From contig OY776510.1 of the NCBI GenBank assembly GCA_963675665.1, positions 3,168,001-3,232,000 of the forward strand: a DNA stretch of 64,000 bases, in the 5' to 3' direction. The notes below the pieces were generated by a model that worked only from the letters and a program-made list of their open reading frames with translations, did not search any database and had not been told where the DNA came from. The translations under genes and the position numbers were made by a program. This document shows positions 34,307-44,535 of this stretch, one piece after another. Source of the stretch: Spirochaetia bacterium. Its GTDB lineage: Bacteria > Spirochaetota > Spirochaetia > UBA9216. Each line of letters starts with the position of its first letter. Position 1 is the stretch's first letter.

Positions 34307-36295
34307 ATGCAGGCATTTAAAGTAAAATCAGAATTTGAACCGGCCGGAGATCAGCGACAGGCTATAGACAAGCTGTCAGACGGTTTGCTTGAAGGAAAGC
34401 GAAAGCAGACGCTGAAAGGCGTAACGGGGTCGGGGAAAACCTACACAATGGCCAAGATCATTGAGCGGGTACAGAAACCTACGCTTGTCCTGAGTCATAA
34501 TAAAACACTGGCCGCACAGCTTTACAGGGAATTCCTGGATTTCTTTCCGGACAATGCCGTAGAATATTTTGTTTCATATTACGATTATTATCAGCCCGAG
34601 GCTTATGTGCCGTCAAAGGATCTTTATATAGAAAAAGATGCGGACATTAACCAGGAGATAGACAGAATGCGGCTGTCGGCATCTTCATCGCTGATAGAAC
34701 GCGATGATGTTATAGTTGTTGCTACAGTTTCATGTATATACGGTTTGGGCAATCCCGTGTCGTTTAAGGATATGAGAATACCGATTATCCGGGGGACTCA
34801 TGTAAACATCGGCGATATTGCGCGTAAACTTGTATCACTGCAGTACGACCGGAATAATGATGTTTTAAAACGCGGCTGCTTCAGGATCAGGGGCGATGTA
34901 ATCGAAATATACCCGGCGTATATGAAAACAATCTATCGAATCGAGTTTGACTGGGATGAAATTGAGCGTATAACAAGTATACATGCAGTAACCGGTGAGG
35001 TGCTTGAGGAGATACCCCGCTGCACTGTTTACCCGGCAAAACACTTTGTTATGCCTGAAGAACAGATGAAGTCGGCAATCGTTACCATTCGGGAAGAGCT
35101 CGGTGAACGCCTGGAGGAACTGACGTTACAGAATAAGCTTGTCGAGGCGCAAAGGCTCAAGAGCCGAACCGAATATGATATAGAAATGATGGAGGAACTG
35201 GGCTACTGCTCCGGAATAGAAAACTATTCACGACCGCTGAGCAACCGGAAGGCAGGGGAACGGCCCGCGGTGCTTCTTGATTATTTTCCGGATGATTTTC
35301 TGACATTTATCGACGAGTCTCATGTTACGATTCCTCAGCTCGGGGGAATGTACGAGGGCGACAGATCAAGAAAACAGAACCTGGTTGATTTCGGATTCAG
35401 GCTGCCTTCGGCGCTTGACAACAGGCCGCTGATTCTCGATGAATTTGAATCGATTGCAAAAACACTCATATATGTATCGGCAACACCAAGGAAGGCGGAG
35501 CTGGATATTTCGGAAACTGTCGCCGAGCAGTTGATCAGGCCTACCGGCCTGCTTGATCCCGAGATTGAGGTGAGGCCCACAAGGGGGCAGATAGAGAACC
35601 TTTATTCCGAAATACAAAAACGGGTTGAAAAGAATGAAAGGGTACTTGTTACGACTCTGACCAAAAAGATGTCGGAAGAACTGACCGATTACCTTTCAAA
35701 TCTCGGGGTCAAGGTACGTTACCTTCATTCGGAGATTGAAACGATAGAACGGGTTGAAATCCTGAAAGAATTGAGGATAGGCAAGATTGATGTAATTATT
35801 GGAATTAACCTGCTTCGGGAAGGGCTTGACTTGCCCGAAGTATCGCTTATTGCTATTCTTGATGCCGACAAGATCGGTTTTCTGCGCTCGGCCACATCTC
35901 TGATGCAAACCATCGGAAGGGCCGCACGTAATTCGGAAGGTTTTGTTATAATGTATGCCGACAGGGAATCGGATGCAATGAAAGAAGCAATAAATGAAAC
36001 AACACGTCGGCGCGAGATTCAGCAGAAATACAATGATGAGCATGGAATAACTCCCCAGACTATTAAAAAGGCTGTTGCCGATATGCTTGTCAGAAAGAAA
36101 GAAGAAAAACTGAGCAGTGAAAAATTGTCCATCGATATAATAAAGGATAATTATAATGCTGTTATTCCGCGGGAGCGTAAAGCCTTGATTAAAGCGCTTG
36201 AAAAAGAAATGATTGAACTTGCAAAGGATCTTGAATTTGAAAAAGCAGCTTTTGTAAGGGATGAAATAAATAAACTTAAAGGAATAGGTAATTAA
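34307..36295 (+). CDS. uvrB: Excinuclease ABC subunit B
   Basis: [51 protein letters not shown]-terminal UVR domain. Confidence 0.98.
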   Translation: MQAFKVKSEFEPAGDQRQAIDKLSDGLLEGKRKQTLKGVTGSGKTYTMAKIIERVQKPTLVLSHNKTLAAQLYREFLDFFPDNAVEYFVSYYDYYQPEAYVPSKDLYIEKDADINQEIDRMRLSASSSLIERDDVIVVATVSCIYGLGNPVSFKDMRIPIIRGTHVNIGDIARKLVSLQYDRNNDVLKRGCFRIRGDVIEIYPAYMKTIYRIEFDWDEIERITSIHAVTGEVLEEIPRCTVYPAKHFVMPEEQMKSAIVTIREELGERLEELTLQNKLVEAQRLKSRTEYDIEMMEELGYCSGIENYSRPLSNRKAGERPAVLLDYFPDDFLTFIDESHVTIPQLGGMYEGDRSRKQNLVDFGFRLPSALDNRPLILDEFESIAKTLIYVSATPRKAELDISETVAEQLIRPTGLLDPEIEVRPTRGQIENLYSEIQKRVEKNERVLVTTLTKKMSEELTDYLSNLGVKVRYLHSEIETIERVEILKELRIGKIDVIIGINLLREGLDLPEVSLIAILDADKIGFLRSATSLMQTIGRAARNSEGFVIMYADRESDAMKEAINETTRRREIQQKYNDEHGITPQTIKKAVADMLVRKKEEKLSSEKLSIDIIKDNYNAVIPRERKALIKALEKEMIELAKDLEFEKAAFVRDEINKLKGIGN

Positions 36296-36296
36296 A

Positions 36297-37067
36297 ATGC
36301 TTCTTGCTGTTAATGTCGGTAATTCAAACATACGTTTCGGGGTTTTTAAAGGCAGGGACTGCAGTGCGCGCTGGATGATCCAGTCAAAACCACATAAATC
36401 CGCTGACGAATATATTGTTATTATTCATTCGATGCTGAAAGAAAATAATATTAAAATTCATCAGATTGACAGGATTATAACAGCTTCGGTTGTCCCCGCT
36501 TTAACTGGTGTATTCCGGGAAGCTTTTAAAAAAATGTTCGGGCTTGAACCGGTATTTATTAATTACAAAATGAATTCAGGTTTGTCTTTTCCCATAGAAA
36601 GTCCCGCGGAACTGGGAGCTGACCTGCTTGCAAATGCCGCCGCCGCGTTCAATCTGCATAAAAAGGATGCAATTGTGGTTGATTTCGGAACAGCGCTGAG
36701 TTTTACGGTTGTCAGGAAAAACGGTTTTCTTACAGGAATTGTAATTGCCCCGGGAGTTATTTCCGCCCTGGGATCGCTTGTTGAAGATACAGCCCAGCTG
36801 CCGGAAATAGAGCTTGAAAAACCTGAAAGGGTTATAGGAATTGAAACAATAGGCTGTATCCAGTCGGGATTGATCTACGGTTATACCGGTCTGATAGAAA
36901 ACATTATAAAAAAAATTGATGAAGAGCAGGGCACCGAATCGCTTGTTATCGCGACAGGCGGAACGGCCCATGTATTTGAAAAGATAAGCGAACGAATAGA
37001 TATTTATGATGATCTGCATACTCTAAAAGGGCTGCAGGTCATGGATGAAATGAACCGGAAAAACTAA
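36297..37067 (+). CDS. coaX: Type III pantothenate kinase
   Basis: VGNSN, ASVVP, LGAD, VDFGTA, IAPG, TAQLP, IATGG. Confidence 0.92.
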   Translation: MLLAVNVGNSNIRFGVFKGRDCSARWMIQSKPHKSADEYIVIIHSMLKENNIKIHQIDRIITASVVPALTGVFREAFKKMFGLEPVFINYKMNSGLSFPIESPAELGADLLANAAAAFNLHKKDAIVVDFGTALSFTVVRKNGFLTGIVIAPGVISALGSLVEDTAQLPEIELEKPERVIGIETIGCIQSGLIYGYTGLIENIIKKIDEEQGTESLVIATGGTAHVFEKISERIDIYDDLHTLKGLQVMDEMNRKN

Positions 37068-37111
37068 AAAAAACGGGAATTGTTTAAAGCTGCGGTTTTT
37101 AATAATTCCCG
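37066..37111 (-). terminator. Intrinsic terminator between convergent coaX and caspase genes
   Basis: CGGGAATTGTT...AATAATTCCCG stem flanked by an A8 run (U-tract on the minus strand). Confidence 0.65.
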
Positions 37112-37116
37112 AACAC

Positions 37117-38061
37117 TCAATCAGCCTCAAAAAGCACCGGGTCTATAGGGAAAGCGCCGATATTCGGCATGTAATCGTAGGCTGTGCCGTCATTGAAATT
37201 ACTGTTTATTCCGTCTGCTGCAAAACGGTATGCTTCGATTACGCTAATAAACCCGTCGAAATTATAATCAGCATAGCCTGGGCTTTTCAGCAGAAAATAG
37301 GTGAACAGCCCGTGGCCGATATTTCCCAGCTCAAATGATTCTTCCGTTTCTCCGGATGCAGCAAGGATTGTGAATCTGTCCTGCGGCAGGTCGTTGTCGG
37401 TAGGTGAATAGTCAAGATACATTTTTATGGTTTCGGTAGGGGTAAAAATATTTGTAATATCTCCCCTTGTGTAATCTGAGCTTATTGTGCTGACTGTGAA
37501 CCCGTCGCCTATAAAACCTCCGGAAAAACATGCATCTATGATGACCGTTTTATTTGTTGAAGGCAATGTTGACAGAAGATCAGCGAGAGAATCATCAGAC
37601 AGGGTGACGCTGAGCACATCCGCACCGGGGTCTCCCTGAACAAAATCAAAAATTGTATTGAGAGAACCGTGAAGCGCAAGAATTTCATCATAAGTATTAG
37701 AGGCTGAATCGGGTTCGCCGCCATCAAGGTCAAGTATAAGGCCGTGTCCTGAAAAATAGAACAATAAACGATCTTCCTCCGACATTTGCGATGACATGTC
37801 GTTTACATCCTGAGTGATAGATGAAAGAGAAGCGCCTTCGTTTATTCCGAGAGTAACATTCCATCCTTTGGAGGAAAGAAGATCCGCCAGAGCTACAGCA
37901 TCATCGTCAGTATAATACAAATCGTTGGTTGTTCCGGTATAATCCGAAACTCCGTATACAAGCGCATAGCCCTGGGGTATATCTGGTTCGGTGCAGGATG
38001 TATAAAAAAGGACAGACACAAGAACAGAAAGGGCGGTAAATATTAAAATAATTTTTTTCAT
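37117..38061 (-). CDS. Caspase-like (peptidase C14) lipoprotein
   Basis: Lipobox FYTSC; ALVYGVSDY; catalytic His in FYFSGHG and catalytic Cys in IIDACFSG; GHGLFTYFLL. Confidence 0.88.
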   Translation of the reverse strand: MKKIILIFTALSVLVSVLFYTSCTEPDIPQGYALVYGVSDYTGTTNDLYYTDDDAVALADLLSSKGWNVTLGINEGASLSSITQDVNDMSSQMSEEDRLLFYFSGHGLILDLDGGEPDSASNTYDEILALHGSLNTIFDFVQGDPGADVLSVTLSDDSLADLLSTLPSTNKTVIIDACFSGGFIGDGFTVSTISSDYTRGDITNIFTPTETIKMYLDYSPTDNDLPQDRFTILAASGETEESFELGNIGHGLFTYFLLKSPGYADYNFDGFISVIEAYRFAADGINSNFNDGTAYDYMPNIGAFPIDPVLFEAD

Positions 38062-38597
38062 TTTACTACCGCCTTTAAAATTATTCCCGCAGACATGAAT
38101 AAATAAGATTCCCTGTGGAAATAATATCTTACCGGTATCTCGGCGGCCAATTCGAGATTTTTATCTGAATAAAAAGTGAATGCGGCTCTTGCAGCCAACG
38201 AAGGAAGAAAAAAATAATTCTCGGTTAAATTGTATTTGAACCAGCTTGCGCCGGTATCAATACCGACTTCGATAAAATCAGCCGAAGGTACGGCAAGCCC
38301 GGACGCCAGAGTTGTTTCAATTCCGGAGAATCCCGGGTAAGACCAGCCTCCGTCTATGCTTGAAGAACGGTTGTAGATATAAGAGGCTGAAAGACCCGTG
38401 TTCAAATATTCAGCGTAATTCAGCTGGAGGAAAGCCCCCGCGTTTATTCCCGGCTGGAGTTTTACTTCCCTGTCAGCAAAGGATGTAATTTGGGCAAGAG
38501 GAGATATTCTGAAACCTCCGCTTAAAAAAATATTCTCTGAAAAGCAGGAGCTGCCGATTAAAAGAATATAAACTAGTGTAATTAATTTAAATTTCAT
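38058..38597 (-). CDS. Small exported protein, likely 8-stranded outer-membrane beta-barrel
   Basis: Signal peptide and alternating aromatic/glycine strands; 4-nt overlap with the caspase gene. Confidence 0.6.
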   Translation of the reverse strand: MKFKLITLVYILLIGSSCFSENIFLSGGFRISPLAQITSFADREVKLQPGINAGAFLQLNYAEYLNTGLSASYIYNRSSSIDGGWSYPGFSGIETTLASGLAVPSADFIEVGIDTGASWFKYNLTENYFFLPSLAARAAFTFYSDKNLELAAEIPVRYYFHRESYLFMSAGIILKAVVK

Positions 38598-38639
38598 CTA
38601 ATATGTAATTTACACTTAAACAACAGGAATTCAAGTCAA

Positions 38640-39035
38640 ATGAAAAGAATTACAGTATTTATAATATTAATAACTGCAGCCTCCGTGTTCCCGTTAATTT
38701 CGTGTGAAAAGGAAGAGGAACAATTCGGCGATATAGAACTACCTCCGGCGCCGCTCATCTCCGAATCGGAACGATGGGCGGTGATTGAGGCCGCGTATCT
38801 GAGGCTTCGCGAACGTCCGGAAACGGATTCCCGGCTTGTTACGACTTTGTGGAAAGGATATGTTCTGGAAGTTCTGTCGAGATCTTCTTCCAAAATGTAT
38901 ATGGACGATCTTGAAGACTACTGGTATCAAATAAATTATGACGGTCTTCAGGGCTGGGTATTCGGTTCATATCTTAAAATATACGACAGCCATGAAGAAG
39001 CTGAAATAGGGGCGCGCTCAATAAGGGCCGATTAA
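38640..39035 (+). CDS. SH3b-domain lipoprotein
   Basis: Lipobox LISC; LRLRERP...WYQINYDGLQGWVFGSYL. Confidence 0.88.
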   Translation: MKRITVFIILITAASVFPLISCEKEEEQFGDIELPPAPLISESERWAVIEAAYLRLRERPETDSRLVTTLWKGYVLEVLSRSSSKMYMDDLEDYWYQINYDGLQGWVFGSYLKIYDSHEEAEIGARSIRAD

Positions 39036-39967
39036 CAGCTGATCAGTTTATCGGTATCCACCGACAGAACTGTTTCAGTTCCCTTTCTGATTTTTTCGCT
39101 GCTGAAAAAAACAATATTGTCGTTGCCGGCCGTTCCGTCACATATATAATAACCGCCCGCATACTCGGAAGATTCAACAGTAACATTAATCAGGAATTCA
39201 CCGGTATCGGGGGACTGTAAAATACTGCATGCCTCCGGACGGAACATTATGTGATCGAATTTATTCATGATGCCGATGAAATCGGCCGTAAAAAAGTCGA
39301 CAGGCTCGTTGTAAAGCTGTTCCGGAGTTCCCGTCTGCGTGATACTTCCCTGGTTCATGACGGCAATCCGGTCCGAAACAGACATGGCTTCTTCCTGGTC
39401 ATGGGTAACATATACGGCGGTGAATCCGAGTTCGCTCTGGATACGAATAATTTCGCGCCGCAGGTTTTTTCTAAGTTTAACGTCAAGCGCGCTCAGGGGT
39501 TCGTCAAAAAGCAGCAGTTCCGGTTCAGGCGCGATAGCCCTTGCCAGCGCGACCCTTTGCTGTTCACCGCCGGAAAGTTCGTGTATCCTTCTGTGTTCAT
39601 ACCCTTCGAGGCTGACTATCGAAAGAAGTTCCGGAACCCTGCGTTTAATTGACTTTCGACTAAATTTATGAGCTTCAAGTCCGTAGGCAATATTATGAAA
39701 TACATCGAGGTGGGGGAACAGCGCGTAATCCTGAAAAACCATTCCGATATTTCGCGATGATGTCTGTATTTCGGTAACGTCCCTGTCATTAATAATAATT
39801 CTGCCGGAGTCGGGCGACAGAAAACCGGCGACCAGGCGCAAAAGCGTAGTCTTGCCGGAGCCGGACGGACCGAGAATTGAAAGAAATTCACCGTTATTTA
39901 TTTTCAGATCAGCAGAAAGGCTGAAATTATCATAATTGAATTCAAGGTTATTGATTATTACACTCAA
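39032..39967 (-). CDS. thiQ: Thiamine ABC transporter ATP-binding protein
   Basis: GPSGSGKT, LSGGEQQRVALARA, FDEP, VTHDQEEA; third gene of the TPP-riboswitch operon. Confidence 0.85.
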   Translation of the reverse strand: MSVIINNLEFNYDNFSLSADLKINNGEFLSILGPSGSGKTTLLRLVAGFLSPDSGRIIINDRDVTEIQTSSRNIGMVFQDYALFPHLDVFHNIAYGLEAHKFSRKSIKRRVPELLSIVSLEGYEHRRIHELSGGEQQRVALARAIAPEPELLLFDEPLSALDVKLRKNLRREIIRIQSELGFTAVYVTHDQEEAMSVSDRIAVMNQGSITQTGTPEQLYNEPVDFFTADFIGIMNKFDHIMFRPEACSILQSPDTGEFLINVTVESSEYAGGYYICDGTAGNDNIVFFSSEKIRKGTETVLSVDTDKLISC

Positions 39968-41652
39968 AATACTTCACTTCCTCCGTAGCGATCTATCAGA
40001 TAAAAAGCAATGCCGCAGATTAACATTAAAATGGAGCCCATGGCGCAGGCTCCGAAAAATTTATACGATGATATCAGACGGTATACTGCAATCGGCATCG
40101 TAGGGGAGGCTCCGTCCGAAAGAATCAGCGCGGCATTTATTTCCCCTGCGCTGATGCAGAAGGCAAAAGCGGCAGCGCTGATAAGGCTTCCCTTCAGGAG
40201 CGGAAGTTCAATACGAATAAAAGTCCGGACAAACCCTGCCCCGAGTGTGCCTGATGCTTCAAGAAGCGATTTGCTTATCCCCCTGATTCCGGTTGTAAGC
40301 GTTCTGACTGCAAACGGCATCGCAATTACGGAATGAGCCAGCACGATAAGGATTCCCCTGTTTGAAAGGTTTACAGAAATTAATGAAAGCATACTGTAAT
40401 ATCCAAGCCCGAGCACTATTGAAGATACGCCCATCGGGAGCATGAACAGTGTTTCGGCGGCGCCGCTGAAGCGAATAAGTCCGCGGGCTGTAGCATAGGC
40501 TGCTATAAGCCCGGCAGGCACTGATATAAGCATTGCGCCTGTTGCGAAGAGTATTGAATTGCCTACCGATTTGAAGAGACTGCCTGATGAAAACACAGTC
40601 CGGTAAGATTTGAGGGTAAATACTATGTCTCCCCGCCATCCTGCACGGCCCTGAAACGATCTGAACACAACTGCGGCAAGAGGCCCGATTATCAGAACAA
40701 TAACAACAACAAGATATACAATTATAAAAACACGTTCCTGGACGGACATGCGAGTGAATTTCCTTTCTGAAAGGGGGCTGTCGGCTCCTGCAGCCACGGT
40801 TGCCCTTTTCTGGAGTTTTATATATATGTAGGTCAGCAGGCCGGTCAGCAGCGCTCCTGTAAGCGCAAGCGAAGCTGCGGCTTCTATATCCAGGGTTATT
40901 CTTGCCAGCCGGTAGATTTCAACTTCTATTGTTGTAAAAGCCGGGCCGCCCCCGAGCACAAGGATTATTGCGAAGCTCATGAAACAAAATATGAACACCA
41001 GAGAAGCCGAAGCAATGATGGACGGCAGCAGGGCCGGCAAAGTTATTGTAAAAAATATTCTGATTCTTCCTGCTCCGAGGATTTCCGCCGCTTCTATCCG
41101 GCTGCGCCCTGATTGTTTCCAGGCTGATGAGACCAGTCTGAGCGAAACGGGGAAATTGTAAAAGGTATGCGCCATTATTATCGCTTTGAATGAATAAAGA
41201 ATTTTAAGAGGCGGTTTATCAAGCGACGCAATCTTCATTATCAGGCTGTTGATAATTCCGCTGTTGCCGAAGCAGAGCACAAACCCGAGAACAACAAGAA
41301 CAGAAGGCAGGACGAAGGGAACAGTTGTCAGGCTGTTTATAAAACGTTTGCCCTTGAAATCAAGATGAGACATAATCCATGCCCCGGGAAGCCCTATAAG
41401 AACGGCAGAAACGGTGCTGACGGCAGCCTGGAGAAATGTGAACCCTATGACCGACTGGTAGTAACTGTTCTGAAGAGTTTTTAAAAAATCAGCCGCGCCG
41501 ATGTTTTTAAAGATCGACAAAACCGGCAAAAGAAAAAATACAGCAAGAACTGCCAGGGGAATAATAAAAAGGGATCCGGCAACAGAAGGCCGGATTCGGT
41601 TAATCCTCCCGCCGCCTGTAAAGACGGGAGGATTGTTTTTTTCCAGGTTCAA
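39964..41652 (-). CDS. thiP: Thiamine ABC transporter permease
   Basis: Two EAA loops (EAAEILGA, EASGTLGA), PFVLP, AHTFYNFP. Probable TTG start at 41652. Confidence 0.88.
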   Translation of the reverse strand: MNLEKNNPPVFTGGGRINRIRPSVAGSLFIIPLAVLAVFFLLPVLSIFKNIGAADFLKTLQNSYYQSVIGFTFLQAAVSTVSAVLIGLPGAWIMSHLDFKGKRFINSLTTVPFVLPSVLVVLGFVLCFGNSGIINSLIMKIASLDKPPLKILYSFKAIIMAHTFYNFPVSLRLVSSAWKQSGRSRIEAAEILGAGRIRIFFTITLPALLPSIIASASLVFIFCFMSFAIILVLGGGPAFTTIEVEIYRLARITLDIEAAASLALTGALLTGLLTYIYIKLQKRATVAAGADSPLSERKFTRMSVQERVFIIVYLVVVIVLIIGPLAAVVFRSFQGRAGWRGDIVFTLKSYRTVFSSGSLFKSVGNSILFATGAMLISVPAGLIAAYATARGLIRFSGAAETLFMLPMGVSSIVLGLGYYSMLSLISVNLSNRGILIVLAHSVIAMPFAVRTLTTGIRGISKSLLEASGTLGAGFVRTFIRIELPLLKGSLISAAAFAFCISAGEINAALILSDGASPTMPIAVYRLISSYKFFGACAMGSILMLICGIAFYLIDRYGGSEVF

Positions 41653-41663
41653 AGCGCCGTATC

Positions 41664-42707
41664 CTAATCCACGACTGCTTCGAGCCAGGCGGCAAGCCAT
41701 TTGTTGAGACTGGAGTCGATATCTTCGGTTTCAAGAAGAAGCGGTTTTTCCGAAACGGGAGCATATGAAAAGGAATCCGGCAGCGGTGTTTCTGCAGTGA
41801 TCGGCATCATGAAATTGGTCAGCGGAATTACAGACTGAAAATCATCGGTAAGCATAAATTCTATAAATTTTTCAGCATTGTTTCTGTTCGGCGCATTTTT
41901 TATGATTGCCATGGCTTCAATCTGCATGTAATTGCCTTCTTCAAAAAGGAGAGCCTTGTACCTGTCTGTTTTATCGTATTCGACGTGGACAGGAGGGCTC
42001 GTCGTATAGCTGAGTACCATGGGTGCTTCTCCGGCAGTATAGAGCCCGTAGCCTGAGTCCCAGCCTTCGGTAATCGTCAAAACGGAAGGCATCAGCCTTT
42101 TCCAGTAATCAATAAAGCTGTCTCCGTAAACGGATATCGTCCAAAGCAGGAAACCGAGGCCCGGGCTTGAAGTTCTGGGATCCATCAGAATGAGCGAGTC
42201 TTCATATTCAGGATTTGTGAGGTCTTCAAGTGAAGAAGGGGGATTTGATAAAGAGAGTGAATCATAATTTATTGAAAAATATCCGTAATCAAAAGGAACC
42301 ACGTGAAATGTTTTGTCGAATACAAGATGTTCCGGGACCCTGTCGATACCGGAAGGTTTATAAGGTTCAAAAACGTCCGCGCCTAAGGCCTTTGCAAGCA
42401 TGTTGTTGTCGATGCCGATCATAATGTCCGCCTGCGGATTGTCTTTTTCCAAAACAACCCTGCTGAGGACCTGTCCTGAATCTCCTGCAGATTTCAGTTC
42501 AACATCTATGCCGTATTTTTCTTCAAAAACCGGAATTACGGTACCTGCCGGGCCCCATTCCGATGCAAAGGAATCATAGGTATAAATTACCAGTTTGTTC
42601 TCTGCTTTTAAAATCTGATCACTGCCGTTTGTTTCCTGACTGCCCCCTGCGAAAATTACAGAAGCAGCCGCCAACATCAATAACGCTGTTAACATTGTTT
42701 TCTTCAT
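41664..42707 (-). CDS. thiB: Thiamine ABC transporter substrate-binding protein
   Basis: YTYDSFASEWGP, DPRTSSPGLGFL, GWDSGYGLY, VLSYTTSP. Start moved to ATG 42707, SD GGAGG. Confidence 0.93.
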   Translation of the reverse strand: MKKTMLTALLMLAAASVIFAGGSQETNGSDQILKAENKLVIYTYDSFASEWGPAGTVIPVFEEKYGIDVELKSAGDSGQVLSRVVLEKDNPQADIMIGIDNNMLAKALGADVFEPYKPSGIDRVPEHLVFDKTFHVVPFDYGYFSINYDSLSLSNPPSSLEDLTNPEYEDSLILMDPRTSSPGLGFLLWTISVYGDSFIDYWKRLMPSVLTITEGWDSGYGLYTAGEAPMVLSYTTSPPVHVEYDKTDRYKALLFEEGNYMQIEAMAIIKNAPNRNNAEKFIEFMLTDDFQSVIPLTNFMMPITAETPLPDSFSYAPVSEKPLLLETEDIDSSLNKWLAAWLEAVVD

Positions 42708-42751
42708 AAAGAAAACCTCCGTGAGTAAAATTATGATGTGGGGGTTTGGAT

Positions 42752-42846
42752 GTCTCGCTCCCTTCGCCGGCATTATCCGGATCAGGTTCTACGGGTATAA
42801 TCTCAGGACTCAACCGGATATTCTCCGATCGGCCACCCCACGACAT
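42752..42846 (-). ncRNA. TPP riboswitch
   Basis: Minus strand GGGGTG...CTGAGA..ATACCCGTAGAACCTGATCCGGATAATGCCGGCGAAGGGAG, directly upstream of thiB. No terminator follows; AAACC could pair with GGTTT at the SD, suggesting translational control. Confidence 0.95.
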
Positions 42847-42964
42847 TTACAGCTTATCGAAAGCAGCCGCTGTATGTCAAGTGATGTGATTGGTGAATGA
42901 TGTTTTAATGAAAATCAAAATCAGGGTTTATCAATATTGAGTTTCAATGTATTCTTAAAGACAA

Positions 42965-44035
42965 ATGAACAAGACTGTATTTTTTACCGGCGGCGGAACA
43001 GCCGGGCATGTATATCCCGGGTTGTCCGTAGCGGAAGCGCTTTTAAGAAAAATGCCTGATGCAAGAGTAATCTGGATTGGCTCCAAAAAGGGTATGGAAG
43101 CGAAAATTGTAAGGGCTTCGGGAATAGAGTTTATAGGTATCGCTTCGGGAAAACTCAGAAGATATTTTTCTTTCAGGAATTTCACCGATATTTTCAGGAT
43201 AAACGCCGGGTTAATCAAGGCTTTTTTTATAATGGGCAGGTACCGGCCTGCCGTTGTCTTTTCCAAAGGCGGTTTTGTAAGTGTTCCGCCGGTAATTGCC
43301 GCAGGCCTGCGTAAAATACCTGTCTACTCCCATGAATCGGATGTTACTCCCGGGCTTGCAACAAGAATCAATTCAAGGTTTTCCGAAAAAATCCTTGTTT
43401 CATATGAAAAGACCATGAAATATATAACGTCAGGCAAGGCGGTTCTTACCGGCAACCCGTTGCGTTCGGCGATTTTCAGCGCCGATTCCGATAACGGACG
43501 AAAAATCGCCGGGGCAGGCAATAAAAAGATAATAATGGTTCTCGGCGGAAGCCAGGGGGCCTTGCAGATAAACAGGCTTATTGAACAGTTGCTGCCTGAA
43601 CTTGCCGGTAAATATTTTATAATACACCAGACAGGCAGGCATGATTTTAACAGTGAAATACCCGACGGGTATATGCGACGGGAATATATAAATGAAGAGC
43701 TTCCGGATCTTATGGCGGCTGCAGATATGATAATAAGCCGCGCAGGGGCTTCAACATTGTGGGAAACAGCAGCTCTGGGCAAACCGTCCATTCTGATTCC
43801 TCTGGGTACCGGGGCAAGCCGGGGCGACCAGGCAATGAATGCGGACGTTTTCAGGGAAGCCGGGGCTTCTGTTGTTCTGGAAGGTTTTGTAACGGCAGAG
43901 CAGTTGAAAACCGAAATTGACAGAATCATGAATGATGATAAATTAAAAAGCAGCATGGCCGAAGCTGCATTGCAGCTTGTTAAAGAAAACCCGGCCGAAA
44001 TAATATCAGATTTAATTTTGGAGAGGTTAAAGTAA
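42965..44035 (+). CDS. murG: Undecaprenyl-PP-MurNAc-pentapeptide GlcNAc transferase
   Basis: TGGGTAGHVYP, SKGGFVS, HESD, TGNP, LGGSQGA, SRAGAST, DQAMNA. Confidence 0.97.
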   Translation: MNKTVFFTGGGTAGHVYPGLSVAEALLRKMPDARVIWIGSKKGMEAKIVRASGIEFIGIASGKLRRYFSFRNFTDIFRINAGLIKAFFIMGRYRPAVVFSKGGFVSVPPVIAAGLRKIPVYSHESDVTPGLATRINSRFSEKILVSYEKTMKYITSGKAVLTGNPLRSAIFSADSDNGRKIAGAGNKKIIMVLGGSQGALQINRLIEQLLPELAGKYFIIHQTGRHDFNSEIPDGYMRREYINEELPDLMAAADMIISRAGASTLWETAALGKPSILIPLGTGASRGDQAMNADVFREAGASVVLEGFVTAEQLKTEIDRIMNDDKLKSSMAEAALQLVKENPAEIISDLILERLK

Positions 44036-44535
44036 TGCAGTTCGGAGATTTGACAATAATGCCGATAGATATTTTCTTTTCGGCGATAATACTATTTATG
44101 ACAATAAAGGCGATTATCAGGGGTTTTGTAACCGAGGTGATGAGTATTGCAGCAATCGGGCTCGGTATCCTGCTTGGAGTGCTTTTTTCCGCAATGCTCG
44201 GAGACTTTATAGGTCAGAAATTCGGAGTATCCAACTGGAACCAGGTTGTGGCGTTTCTGATAATATTTCTTGTCAGTTACCTTCTTATAAAGATTTTTGA
44301 AAACGGATTAAATTCCCTGATAGATAAAATCCATCTTGATAAACTCGACCGTTCGCTGGGCCTTTTTTTCGGAATAATTGAAGGCGCAGCGATTGTTATG
44401 ATTGTAGTTTTTATTATTGAAGTACAACCGTTGTTCAATACTGAAAAGATTGAGACTGAAAGCTGGTATATTCAGATGATTCACAGGTTTATTCCGGACG
44501 GCCGGGAAATTCTCGACGAGACGATAGATGTTTGA
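44035..44535 (+). CDS. cvpA: CvpA (colicin V production) family membrane protein
   Basis: RGFVTEVMS, LDRSLGLFFGIIEG; four TM helices. Confidence 0.9.
   Translation: MQFGDLTIMPIDIFFSAIILFMTIKAIIRGFVTEVMSIAAIGLGILLGVLFSAMLGDFIGQKFGVSNWNQVVAFLIIFLVSYLLIKIFENGLNSLIDKIHLDKLDRSLGLFFGIIEGAAIVMIVVFIIEVQPLFNTEKIETESWYIQMIHRFIPDGREILDETIDV

Noticed and set aside
37117-38061. Caspase as a CBASS, gasdermin or CRISPR defence effector
   Set aside because: It has a lipoprotein signal and no neighbouring defence genes.
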